This document shows positions 51,001 to 64,000 of a stretch of 64,000 bases of DNA, piece after piece. Where the stretch lies: assembly GCF_037042905.1 (NCBI RefSeq), contig NC_087259.1:24180001-24244000 (forward strand), given 5' to 3'. This DNA is from Lytechinus pictus (Eukaryota). Position numbers and translations under genes: made by a program. The first letter of the stretch is position 1. Every line of letters starts with the position of its first letter. A model generated the notes under the pieces. It was not told the origin of the DNA. It worked only from the letters and a program-made list of their open reading frames with translations, and did no database searches.

Positions 51001-54000
51001 TTCATGTGAAATGCTCCCCCTGGTCAATGCCTCCCCCCCCCATCTCTCTCTCTATCTCTCTCTTGTTCCAGCGGTCGCACTTTAACAACACCGGGGCATC
51101 GTAAATTTACTCTTAAGTTGTGTTTTTCAATTATTTCTGGCAAAAGTTTATGAACTTTTCTCCTCCGCTGACCCTCAGAAAGGCCAGTGTTTGGCGGCAG
51201 AGGCTCCTACTATTTTGGGGAGTTTATCATGCACCGACGTATAAGCCCTTCATATTTTGTTCATATACGTTGTTATTTTGTTCACATACGTTTCGAGAGT
51301 GGCATGGTTTAAATACAGTCATGCAACTAGTGGAATGAGTCTGTATGTTTAACATGGCAAAGATGTTCTCCCGCATCGTAAATAAAAACCAAATAAAATT
51401 TAATTGGTTTAGATTTTAGTTTCGGAATGAAGGGTACCTTAAAGAATTACTGTGAAAGATGAATGGTACAGTGATCCCATCGAATGTGATTACGAGGAGC
51501 AAGCTCAAAGCCAGAAAAAAAACCTGGACCTGGCTTAACACTATACTTAACACGAACTCTCCAACTAAGCATTGAGTTGAATTGTGAAATCATGAACTTT
51601 TCTCAAGTTATTCGTATTAATTATTTTCTATTAAGAGAAGTGACATTGCTAAGACAGTAGTCAGGAAAATTTGAGAGAAAGCGTAAAATGGAAATACATG
51701 AAGAATTGTCTTCCATTAATTTGCAATGATTACGCATGATGAAGGTTGTGGTAAAGGAATTATCCGACCTAATGCAATTTTAGTTGATGATAGTGATGAT
51801 GGTAGTGGTGGTGGTGGTTGTAGTGGTAGTGGCGGTGGTAGTGGTAGCGACGGTGGTGGTCACCTGGTGGTAGGGCCGATGGGTGGGTTATATGGTAATG
51901 ATGTTGATGTAGTAGACTTTTGTTCTGTATTCCGGTGTAGAGTATGTTGACAACGACCATGGCCATATAACAAATTCAATTTATAGTGATAATGACAATG
52001 ACGTTCATTGTGATATGTTGATAATGAATTTGCTTAAAACTCTATTTGTAATGATAAACCTTTAGTACAATTAATCAGGTTGCATAAAATCGATACATTT
52101 TTTTGCTAAATATTTACTGTGTAGCCCTATATTTTGGTGACATCACGCTCTCATCATTCTGATCGTGATGAAATGTTATTATACACGACTTTGATTATCA
52201 ATTCCAACAAATCACATTTGTCATATGATTGTTCCCATGAAGGCCTACGTGAGGGGAGCTCTTCCCGACTTCACACCCCGAAAAAAAGGTGATAAAGCCC
52301 CTCTTTTCCATCACAAATACCATACACCTGGGGACTGTCACACTTTCCTCAGAATATCGATACTCAACATGAATTATTGCTTGATTCAACCGATTTAATT
52401 TATCCCTAAAGTGCACTTTGGCGGTATTAATTGCCCATCCTGGCACGGAGCGGGTAACCCGGCTGCACGTATATCTTTCACTAGCTCCTGACTCGGGCGC
52501 AGGGATCTAGTTTTGACACTAAACATGTGCAGTTAGAGATCATGTTGTCATTAATATTTAGAATATTTGATGTAGTTAGTTGTGTTGTCTGTCTCTTTGT
52601 CTCATCATGTTCATCGCAGCTGGTTCCAGAAGAATAGGTTCAAATTTACTTTACTCAACATTACTGTTTTACCAATATTAAATTGTAGAATAAAGCAATG
52701 AGTTTATCGGAGTATGAACGTATACAACAAAGAGATACCTACATACATGACATAAATAAACATGGTAAAAGGAAAGAGACATATAACTTGGATTATATTA
52801 ATTTCTTTAAAAGAATAACAAACATTTAAATCGTGTTTCTTTCCAAGTTGACGCTTAGGGACAGTACACAACTTTTGGCGGGTTTTTTCATCATAATATG
52901 CACTCTTTGTTGTTGTTGTTTGCTTTTTGCGCCCCGAGAATGGCGCCTATGACACCCTATATAATGAAAATTCACCGTTTACTATAAAATAAAGGTCTTT
53001 GGTTGAATTCGATCACGTGACCACTCCTTTATTTCAGCTAACGTACATGTAATTATGCACGTTCTAAGTAATGATTCGTAATAAGGCATAGTTCTATTGA
53101 CAAAATAATTAATAACACGAATCCACGTCACTATCTTAAAATACAAAATAACATATATCATTTTGCTCGTGTATAAGAGTAACGCTGTATATGCCTACAT
53201 TTTCGTTGATGTTTCCCCTAATAAGTCTCCTATACTTTTGACCGTGACGTATTTTATTTTGATGAAAGGCGGCGATAATACCAGATCTTGTTGACTAGTA
53301 TTTCGGAAGCACCAGCCTTGGTGGAATGGGTGGCCTGTCGGAAAAACCTCGACTCTATTTCACTTTAATTACACTCATGAGGGAGATTGGGGCATTCATT
53401 GTTTTTGTTTCGATGCTAAACAGATCAATATTTTGCCAAGATCCCATGGTTTAAGTCACAGGAATGCCACTGATAATGGGAAAACGTACTCTTGTCCCCA
53501 TATATAATACTGTAAATATAAATAAGATGGTAGATTTATCTTAGTTCGTATGATATTGATATTAGATCTTATACTCTTCAGTATATACTTTAGATATTTG
53601 TAATTTATCCATAAACAACCAAAGTTTATAGCAGTGTCTCAAGAACACCTGCAATCAAGTTTTACTGCACTGTGTATAATCTTACATGTATTGTCCTAAG
53701 TTGCAGAAAAAAAAAACACATGAAAGAAAAAAAAACACTCGCTGAAAGTCAACACGGGATTACCTTCAATCTAACATTTCAAAGAAACGAGCAAGAATTA
53801 TTCGAATTCGGAGACATTCGAATCCGAACGCCATTCCTATTTACGCTTTTAGGCAGTCACATACCTGTCAACGTCAATTCCATATCAAGTAGCGAACTTC
53901 AACTTAACATTTGACCTCTAAGAATAACATACTGAATAATGTTAGTTTGACCCGTGACATGGGGCAGAGGTATACCGGAAAACATAGTAATCATAGTTTT

Positions 54001-54624
54001 ATGCCATTTCATGCATTTAGTTATTCCTTCCGAATTTGCATGAGCTTGCAATAATTTTGTGATGAAAATGCTCAAATGACGGGAACTGACAAATAGGAGA
54101 ATTTTTTGCCGTTGAATGTCATGAAAACCAATTTCAAAATGAGATGATTGTAATGAATATTTTGCCAAGTTGATATGGTTACATTTGGGCGGGAAAGATA
54201 CAACTGTTGAATATCTGTTTAACAGTTTTGTCCTTTTTTTTTACAAAAGGGATTTATGCCAGTATTTCACATTTGATTAATATAAGATAAACCGTTTTAC
54301 GAACATATGAATAAACCTGATAAAGCATTCTTTCTAATTTTGCCTAGCAGCAAAACTCTTTTTCCATAAAGCAATTTATTTCCATCTACCTTCTTACGTT
54401 GCTATAAAATACATGATTAAAAAACAACTTTTATTGCTGTCATAGTTTTTTTTTATCGAGAGTGAAATTGAATGATTTCTTTTGCATATTTTTTAATTTT
54501 TTTTTATTTATCTATATATTTATTTTATTTTGTTTATTTTTTTTTCGGGGGGGGGGGCGCTTTATTTTACCGAACCAATCAACAACAATTTACAAACAAT
54601 GATTAAAACACATCTCGCCCTCAC

Positions 54625-54830
54625 CTGGACTCGTGCTTCCGTGAGATCGACCTTCTTTGCAAGCTCCTCGCGTAAGAAAGCATCAGGGTAGTGTGTCCTT
54701 TCAAATACCTTCTCCAGCGCATCGAGCTGAGCGGTGGTAAACGTAGTCCGATTGCGGCGCTGTCGTTTTGATTTGGCCGAGATGATTCCGTTGTCTGACA
54801 ACGAGCCACATGAACCATCATCTAATAACC
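54625..54830 (-). CDS. Prrx: Prrx homeobox exon (homeodomain residues 1-46)
   Basis: Acceptor tttattgcag|GG (phase 1) and donor CAG|gtgagg. Translates [68 protein letters not shown] and splices in frame to 47663 at the conserved PRD-class intron position. QRRNRTTF and [10 protein letters not shown] match Prrx. Confidence 0.95.
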
Positions 54831-54995
54831 CTGCAATAAAATTAATGAAACGAAGATAATTATTCATTTTATCGCATTTATGTTAAGATTATTATGTTGG
54901 TGGTGCCGATGATGGATATTTGTTTAATCAGGGAGTAAGAGTTAGTTTAATCAGGAATATAGATATTTGAGGTGGTGTGGTAAAAGTAGTCACTG

Positions 54996-55104
54996 CACTG
55001 TAAAAAATGAAGTGCTAAATTTGAACTATAGAAAATCAGCACTCGTAGTGCAGTCACTATACAAGCACTGTAAGTGCTAAATTAGCACTTCATTTTTTAC
55101 AGTG
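54996..55104. mobile_element. 109-bp CACTA/EnSpm-like MITE
   Basis: TIRs CACTGTAAAAAATGAAGTGCTAA / TTAGCACTTCATTTTTTACAGTG with a 2-bp TG duplication. Confidence 0.8.
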
Positions 55105-57414
55105 TGGCATCCCTGGCATAAAGAGGATTGGGATGGACTTGGGGCCCTGTCACCAAGCCCCCTCTCTTTATATCACCCCCCCCCCCCCAAAAAAAAAAAA
55201 AAGATTCGCGACAAAGAAATACAAATGAAAGTAAAGGAGAAAAATAAATCGTGTGTGAAAAATTGTGTGAACGCATAATAAGGTCATAAAACGTGTTAAT
55301 ACGACAGACAACAGGTTTCAAAGAGACAGTAATTTCTCTAAAATCGTGCTCACTTGAAGGTCAGAAACGATGGTCGCACATTCGGCCTTGCTCGTTCCAA
55401 GGGAAATTATTAATTAACTTTAACAAAATGATTTATATAACTTTCTAAAGAGAAACGAGATTGTACAGACACACCAACGACACTGACTCTGGTACACCGA
55501 CCGATGGTATGTCACTGGTAATAACGTAATAGATTTGATCGGTATCGTTGTTATGACTATCGCTGAATAAAGATATCTATCTGCACTCTTCACGATCACC
55601 TGACCTTTTGATATTTCTTGGGCTGTAATGTCTGAATCACCCCGATCGGAATATATTTAGGATTTTAGCCCAAAAAAAAATCATCAATTTTTACTGTTAG
55701 CCGGCAATCGTTGTGCTTGAAAGTTACAGTTTAATCAAGTGACTATACATGCATTCATTGCTTAAATCTTGTTTGCTATACCTCGCGGATAATTTCCTTT
55801 CATCTTCAGAGATTGTCTCAGGGAAAGGAATTCACTGTGACGTGCTCACATTGTGGAACACTAACTATATATGTAAAATGTCAGCAGCATGAATAACAAC
55901 CTGACATCGTCCACAGTTCTACCACCACACTGTGAACACACTGGTGTCACTCTGTCCTCTTTGCAGCATGGATTATCTGATAAAAAATAGTAAATTACAA
56001 ACCGGGGACGATTCTATTGCTGGGGACCACTGCCCCCTATGATGGGAAAAAATTAGGAAAACGGGTCTAAAATCTGATATAGGACATGTAGAAAGAAAAA
56101 GGAGTACGAAGCATGAAATTACATACAAATGGATTTTGTGGATTTGGCGCCATGTCGGACCAACTCGCAACCGACAAGATTTGGTGAGGGGTTATCTTTT
56201 ACATTTGGTATAATTGGAATAAATCCAAACTTGACTGCGCTTGTGGTCTTTCTTCCGTCCAGATTAGGGTATTGTCTCCTTTACTTGGCCTACATTTTTT
56301 AAATGGAACAGTGTAAAAACCAAACAACAACAATACATTTTATATCTGGTAGTTAAAAATTGATAGATTTGTGTAAGATTTTATCTTTTTGTCCCAGTAG
56401 GAAGTTTAAGTAAATGGGTCAAGGCTTTACTCCTTTTACGGGCAATTTACTCTAACGGAAAGAGGATAAATTTTTGAACACGTGCTGTCTGAACTGGATG
56501 TCGTAAGTCGTAATGTGAGGATAATTATCAAAAGACTGTATTTCAAAGATGACACCCGCTGGCCTGGCCTGGCAAACTAAAAAATGAATCGGGTATCTTC
56601 CATTTGTCACTTTCCATCCATCGGTTGGAATCATCTTCTTGTGATGTCTTCATCATTACTGCCTTCCTTCGATGGCGATTCCCAACAAACTTTCTCGATT
56701 GTGAAACCCGATTGGGCCGACGCGCGATTCCGGTGCAATTTATTCAAATGTCAAACAAGATTAGTTAGTTAACAGGCATTGCGAGGCTTCAGCCCAGTTG
56801 CAACAAGGCGCGGCCAAGACGTGTAACAAGATAGAAAAGAAAGAAAACGAACTGAAAGCAGATAAATAACAAGAATCATCCACAAGTTCAGGTGTCTATA
56901 TTTTTCATTAGCCGAATTGATAATTTTCTTGGCATTTCGAAAAAAGTACACTGGATTAAGATTCATTTAGCTTCTTGCGAAACAAGACATGGACGCCGAG
57001 ATTCGTCCGAAAGTGGCATTCCTTGGAGCATATCGCCGAGCGAAGAAAATATTTTAAACCCTCGTTGATTCAGGATAACCGAATCGTTATAATCAGTACG
57101 ATACTTAGGGAACATTAGAGACATGAAGGAAATTATGTGGGAGTATGACGAGCAAATGGATCCATATTTAGGAACATTTTGAGCTTGCTAAGTTGATTAC
57201 ACGATTACTGGCATCTAAAAATAAGACGCTGGAATCGTAACAACTACAAATTTTGGGCAATATCGAAAAAGCTCATAATAGTCATGTAGCATATTGCAAA
57301 GAAAGTTGTGACCACGAAAACCTCACTGCCCTGAACTCACATACACACATGATTTTGAAAACAAAGATGGAAATATCACCACAGCTAAAAATTTGAGACA
57401 GGCAACCCCCCCCC

Positions 57415-57445
<31 letters not shown>

Positions 57446-59946
57446 GTCATAAGAGAAATACCAAGTTTGGTATTTGGAGTCTAAAAATATTATATTTAAA
57501 CAAACGCTATTTATTTTTATTAGAGTCCCGTTTTGCAGAGTTAAATCTGAATACAAAAAAAGTCATGTATATACACTCTATAAGAAACCATCTATAATTA
57601 ACTTCTAACCGATAGAAACAAAACGAGAAAATCAAAGTGTGAATGGATGCACATCAATCATGTCATTTTGAAAACACGTTGATAAGAAACCTGCATAGTT
57701 TTGACATGCTGGTCAACAAAAAGAATAATTAGTGAGATTTAACGGACCAACACTCCCGGCGTCACTGCATGTGAAGTACGCCAAGCTATATCAAAATCAA
57801 ACAAAATCAACACGACTTCACACGCCAAAGTGCACATTGCCAAAATTAATTTGCACATAGTGGATACGTATTTTGCTGTTGGAAATAATAACTAAATGTA
57901 AACGTCACAATATACATGGCAGGCGAACATTAGCCAAATCTATTTTTACAGGAATTTGTGTTGACGCTGTAATTGCATATTCGGCGCGAAAGTCTGCACT
58001 TTTGTTCGCGTTTAGCAGACGACTCTCTCTCAAACCTACAACCTTAATCCCCTCCCGTCAGGGGTGGTGTAATGAAAGGAATTAAATCAAGGTGAATTGA
58101 AGCCCTCTTCTGAGTAACATCATGTCAGTCATAATTCTCAGGTACATGACTGCATTAAATGATGAGCGATTCAATGCCAAAAGTGATATCGGTTATTAAT
58201 CGCTTCAAACGTCTAGACGACAACAGTTGTCGCCCGTAAACCGGAAACGGGATTAAAATGTGCCACACACGTTCTTTGGCCGTGATTCTATGCCAATGAC
58301 TTTCATATCAAAATGACAGTGCTCCGTCACTACTGCGATAATTATTGAAACTCGTATAATGACTCATTAAAACAAAAGGAATTGCTTGCACCGAAAAAAC
58401 CTTCGATGGTATAATATACCTGAAACCACGGTTCATAATAATTTCTGTCTAACGCCACCTATATATTTTTTGGGGAAAAGTTTCGTCAAAGATCAAACAA
58501 TACACGCAGAAACGGCACCATAGTATTCTGATATAGGGGGCAAGTATACCTAAAGGCAATTTGTTTTCTTCTCTAATTTGAATAACAGGGGTAATACAGA
58601 GTTACACGACCCACATCTTTCATTTTATACACTTATTTCTCACTCTTTGTCTTATTTTTGTCCTATGTTTTTCACTTCATGAAAAATAATGGGGGTCGCC
58701 CTTGTCGCCATTAGAGCAGTCCATGTTATCATGTAAAAAGAAAATTAATTTACATCACTTAGATCTTTGGTTTATTCGATTAATTTTTAAACTCTTTATT
58801 ATCTAGATACCCTGCAAATAACACACTGGCTATATTACACGATATTGTCTTGGATGCAGTCCTATATATTTAACTCGAATCTTGTGATAAAAAATAATAG
58901 GCCCTATTTTGGATATGAATGCTTTCGGTGTTACATGCAGGTTTACTGCAGACTGATTTTGTTGGTTCACATAATTCGCATCATACATCACAACAAAGGG
59001 ACCGTCGTAGAATTTTTAAAGATGTTTGTTTAACTGTTTAACTTGAATAAAATATAGTTTTGTCCTTCAACGACTGAAGAAAATGTGTGCCGAGACGGTC
59101 GTATGGCAATGGGAAGCCGCCCGTCGGTTCGGCAACAGACACCATCTTTCGATGTCCAGCACTTGCACAACTGCGCGCATTTTAAAGGGAAAACATTTCT
59201 ACTTCCTAGTTGATTTTGATAAAAAGCAGAAATTATTAGAAATATAATTACTGAACTTTTGGCAACAATCCATAAATGACTAACAGCATCATGATTTTTT
59301 TAATTCAGTGAGTGACGTCATGACACACCATTACGTCAAGTATTATAAATTCAATAATTACACATTTTTAGTGGTTCGTGATGTTCTTTATTATTATTAT
59401 TTTTTATACAGAAGCGTGAATAAAATAGTGTGTCTGATGATATATTGTAGGTACGTAAAATTATTTTAAACTTTCCGAGAAAATGAAAAGCAAGAAAGGC
59501 AATTACCCCGTATGCGAGAACGCTGCTCGCAAGTGATGTCACAAAAAAATTGACAGATTTTTCACCAAATCTATAATATTCTTTCACTTTAATGAGTGTA
59601 TTTAAATCAGATTGATAGAGGAATTAACGGACTTTTCATCTAAAGATACGTGGTAAACATAAGGAATATTTGGAGAGAGAAAGAAATGAAATTCAATAAA
59701 GTGGATCGGAGAAAGAAAGAAATGAGATGATGCAAAACAGTAAATTGATGGCAAAGAAACATGGGGGGGGGGGGCAAAAGGGAGAGAATCAGTGTTTTCT
59801 TTAAATAAGTCCTAAACATAGTTGACATTGTGAGAAGTGGGCTGCAGTGCAAGGTTATGATACTTAAACTTGGCTGATTTGATTTTATTGCGACAAAAAA
59901 AAGTTCTTTTCTAATCGAAATTTGTGAGCATGTAATCAGGTTTAGG

Positions 59947-60316
59947 CAGTGGCGTACCTAGGATTTTCCACAGGGGGGGGGGGGCAAAACCGTCCGCCAA
60001 AAAAGTTGACAAGCAAAAAAAAAAAAAAAAAAAAAAAAGGTCTTCAATCACAAATAAAGGATTTTCTAACAGAAAAAAAATTGACAAGCAAAAAAAAACA
60101 ACTAAAGGATTTTGTACCAGAAAAAAAAATTGACAAGCAAAAAAAAAAGGTATTCAAGCTCGTCGGGGGGGGGGGCAAAAGGTCTTCAAGCTCGTCAGGG
60201 GGGGGGGGCAAAAAAGGTATTTCAAGCTCGTCAGGGGGGGCAGTGATACGTCCTTTGCATGAGTTGTGGCTCGTCAGGGGGGCAGACTGTCCCCCCTCCC
60301 CGTAGGTACGCTAGTG
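59947..60316. mobile_element. hAT-like MITE with a perfect 8-bp TSD GGTTTAGG
   Basis: Ends CAGTGGCGTACCTA / TAGGTACGCTAGTG. GGTTTAGG at 59939-59946 and 60317-60324. Internal TTGACAAGC and TCAAGCTCGTCAGGGG repeats. Confidence 0.9.
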
Positions 60317-63044
60317 GGTTTAGGGAATACATACACCAACAAATTAAAAATGTACAGCCAAAAATTTAAGGCAAATAATTAAGTTCCTTAAAATCACAAG
60401 ACATTCCGGAAATAAAATGAGACACACATAATAAGAGTAAAGACAATCTAATTCAATTACGTTTTGAGCTATACCATTATAATCTATTCAAATGCTAATA
60501 AACAAAGAACTATTTTCCCCAAAACAAATTTGGGCAAAAAGAACGAGGAAGTATATATTTTTTACAAATGCATAATCATATCACATTAATCATGTTAGTT
60601 ATTCAACATATAAAATACTAAGGAAATAACATTATAACTGCATTCTTATTTTTATTATGTAGAATATGATTATGCCAAATTCAACCAAATTAAATAATAG
60701 TATATGTATAGGCATACTAGACCTGAAAATAATAAGCCAGGAGGCAGAACGCTGCCGTATTGTTCTCATTGTTTGTCATGTGATTTGTCACGTGACTCCA
60801 TCATTTCATCACCATCTCATTAACCTACTTTTCATGCATCCTTGTCTATCACGAAGAGGAACGATCTTCTATTTTTTTTTTTTTCTATCCCGCCATTTTT
60901 TCTACAGCTGGTATCTACTACGTGCGCGTTATGAACTTTCGGGCAGTGAGCGCTCACACTTTGGACAAAGGATTGCTTTTGTTGTTGCTGATGTTTGTTA
61001 ATTACTTGCATTTTCAGTGTGTTTTTTTTCTATGTTCTGATTTCTTAATTATTACAATTATTGTCGAAGGCGATTCGGGCCTTTGAATTATATCAGGCGT
61101 TTATAATTACATTTAAAATTCAAATCGGGATACACGTTTAAAAGAGATTCGGAAGGGGTTTGCATTTATTTTGAGAAATATTTATACATTATTATCCTTT
61201 ATACGCAACCTTTGTTTTATATAATCTTTCGTTTTATCGCGACATTTTATTTCTGCTTTGCTTTAAATCATCTTTAGAATAACCAAAGAAAGCAATGCTT
61301 TAAAATCCATGTCTACAAAACGCTGTGAAGATCGATTTGGAGACTTTACGATTCCTTCTTGACATTTGAGAAACTCTTAACAGTAACGTAATGAGCCAAC
61401 AATTTTTTTTGGGGGGGTCAGACATGGCATATTAGGCAAAATTTCTCCAAAGCTAAAATTTTCCACATTTTTAATACGAAAATCTAATCGTGTGATAGAT
61501 TTTGCCATATCATATCCAGAAAAATAAGATATTTTACCCTTTTACCTTTCCTTTTCCTTCTCCTTTTCTCCTATTGTTCTTGGTCGTGAAACTGTTTGGG
61601 CGGGGCCCATGGCCCCAGCCCCTCCCCCTTCTGCACACCAGTGCATCCTAATGTGTCACATTGTTAACTCAAAAAGGTAAGATTCAACAACATAATTCAA
61701 ACAGCTAATGTTCAGTTCTGTTTATTTGTGGTTAATATCGCGTGTGTGTGAGTTATCATCGTGTATTACGTTTTGATGATCAGACGACTGAATAAGATTC
61801 AAGCGGGAATCTGAGTGCATAAAGTTAAAGCATGTGACCTGTGCACGCATCTACACGGTGTCCAGTGCAAAATTATGACTTGTAGAGACTCAGCGACATT
61901 TTAATTTATCGCCTTTTCTGAATAATGGTATTAATATTGAATTCACATGGCCAATAAAATAAAAATGTTAGAATTAAGGGGCTAAGTTTGAGCCTGATAA
62001 AGCTTTAAGTATGTGTTTCTATCATAATCGTTTCTATCATAATTAATTTTATGAAGTATAACTATAATACAATTTTTTTTTTCACATGCTTAGCCTAATA
62101 TAACATCGAATGGAGTGATATTGTTTCATTGAGAAATCAATTCTGGATAGATTATTCAATTTGAGTTAAGTAATTGACGCTACAAGCATTACTATCATTA
62201 CGTTGTTTGTGAGTTTTGTTTTCTTTTGTTTTGTAATGCGTTTGTTTTATTTCTTCTTCCCTGTCCGAGCGTATGGTTTTGTATTTGTTTGCTTTAATCA
62301 TGATAAGGGGCTTTATAAAAAACAAAACAAAAAAAAAACGTTTATTTATTTTGTTATAACGGGGGTTGGGTTGCTTCATAAAGCATAATGTCAGTGGAAA
62401 GTCAACTATGAGATGCAAGGAGTTCAAGAAATTACATACAAGATCCACTCTGTCAAGGTCAATGCCGCAATGTTTGATATTGTCAACCGCAGGGCCATTC
62501 TCGAAAGGTCAATGGTGTCCCTGAAAAGCAAAACACGAAAGGGTATTTTTGTTTTGTACTCCCTGTCCTATCCTATTTTGATCTATCGGACCTCGCCGAA
62601 CACATAAGCCTCGGTCACACCGGCATCGCCGACCAAAGACCGGCGGAGGCTACTACGTTATGACCAATTACAGACCATTAATCGGTTTGGAGTCGGTCTC
62701 ATTGGTGTGAATGGGTCATCCCCACACATAAGGCATGCCATACTCGTTAACATTGCTGCATCAAACGAACGAAAAGCCTTTCTGTGATGTGAGTTGTCAC
62801 ACACGTCTACATGGTCAGTAACAATGCAGCGGAGAATGATGGCTTTGGCAGGCAGAGCGGCGGGGGAGGGGGCAATGAAGAGTGTAAATTAAAGGGGGGC
62901 CAGTCAAAATCAGTAACTCTTCATTATGTTCAATTGATCAAGTTTATGATGCGCACAAAACATCAGCAATTATTCGGGGGAAACTATTACCTAACCTGAA
63001 AGAGATTTAGGCACGATCAATATTTTTGTAGTTACGTATGCCGT

Positions 63045-63156
63045 TGATAATAATAATAATAGTAATAATGATAATAATAATAATACTACTAATAATAAAT
63101 AATGATGATGATAATAATAGTAATAATAATAATAACAACAAAAACAATAATAATAA
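63045..63156. repeat. (AAT)n microsatellite adjoining retroposon-like tail fragments
   Basis: Directly visible. Confidence 0.85.
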
Positions 63157-64000
63157 CGTTTTATTTACCCAAGGAAGCCACTTCAGCTAGTAAACTGCTC
63201 TACCAGTAGGCCCTGATTAACATAATTATGTTATGATTATCACCCTCCGCCAAATGCTAATCGAGCGCCTAGAAAGAAGGCAGAAGATCCCATTTATAAA
63301 GCGCTTTATAAATGTTGTATTTTATTATTATAATTATTAATATTATAATTAAATAAACAAACATGACAAATAAAGTACATGTAGAAATTGTATCGAAATC
63401 GGATGAAAATCTCAGTTAAAGCATTAAAAGAAAAGGGTAAGTCAAGGAGAATGCGGTGATTATGTAATAAGCCCCCTTTTGAACAACTTCGTTTGTATTA
63501 TATCATACTAATTTACAAATATTAGATTTTCTACGCCAACAATGTCAAAAATAATTGGTTCGTCTCATGGAATATGTGAAATAATTTTACATTACGGAAA
63601 CTTGTTTAAAAAATATTCATAATACAAAATGAAAAGGCGGGCTTTTGTTATAAGCTAATCATATCAGGGATGCCTATACAATGTAATGATAACGTGTTTT
63701 TACCAAAAGCAAAATTTGAACTCTTGGGTCAGCATAAACTAGTTCATCACAATGCTCTATTTGGTGACACGGACATATTGGATTAGTATCAATTCATATC
63801 AAATTAGAAATATCGACGCCCTCTATGATACATGTATCATAACATGTATCTTACTAACCACATCCTACAATAATTCATCTGAAAGACATAAGATATGAAT
63901 CACTTGTATCTAGTTCACAGTAATCAGGTATAAAATTCACCAAAGACTTTGGTGTTGATTGGTGTACACCACACCAGTCGTTTTAGTTCGGTGTTGATAG

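Noticed and set aside
54562-54867. Assignment to Alx/Arx/Rx/Phox2
   Set aside because: [27 protein letters not shown] and the ANLRLKAxEYS OAR variant together match the Prrx family
60449-60459. Palindromic paired-class P3 site TAATTCAATTA (also TAATTGAATTA at 35919-35929) as Prrx autoregulatory sites
   Set aside because: Several such matches are expected by chance in 64 kb of AT-rich DNA; no supporting context
62440-62520. Possible 81-nt upstream Prrx exon on the - strand (ttttcag|...|gtatgt)
   Set aside because: The only open frame is phase 2-2, incompatible with the phase-1 acceptor at 54830, and the peptide has no Prrx resemblance; a noncoding exon cannot be excluded

Overview
AT-rich eukaryotic (animal) genomic DNA with three assembly gaps. 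The repeat repertoire and the gene suggest an invertebrate deuterostome such as a sea urchin, but this is inference only. Two protein-coding pieces are supported. (1) A + strand terminal exon of an unidentified gene at 4797-5185, with an RVxF-like motif near its C-terminus. (2) The last two coding exons of a Prrx paired-class Q50 homeobox gene on the - strand at 54625-54830 and 47316-47663, with the intron at the conserved homeodomain codon 46/47 position and a C-terminal OAR domain carrying an atypical Trp. The upstream Prrx exon(s) were not identified. The ~42 kb between the two convergent genes holds many MITEs, a tRNA-derived SINE, minisatellites and GC-rich noncoding islands that look like cis-regulatory modules. 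The most striking structure is an 8,579-bp DNA transposon at 12211-20789. It has perfect 150-bp TIRs (TAG...CTA), a perfect 9-bp target-site duplication and decayed RecQ-type helicase remnants, which fits a non-autonomous AcademH element. It appears recently mobilised while carrying several older nested elements as cargo. Almost all ORFs in the supplied track are spurious.
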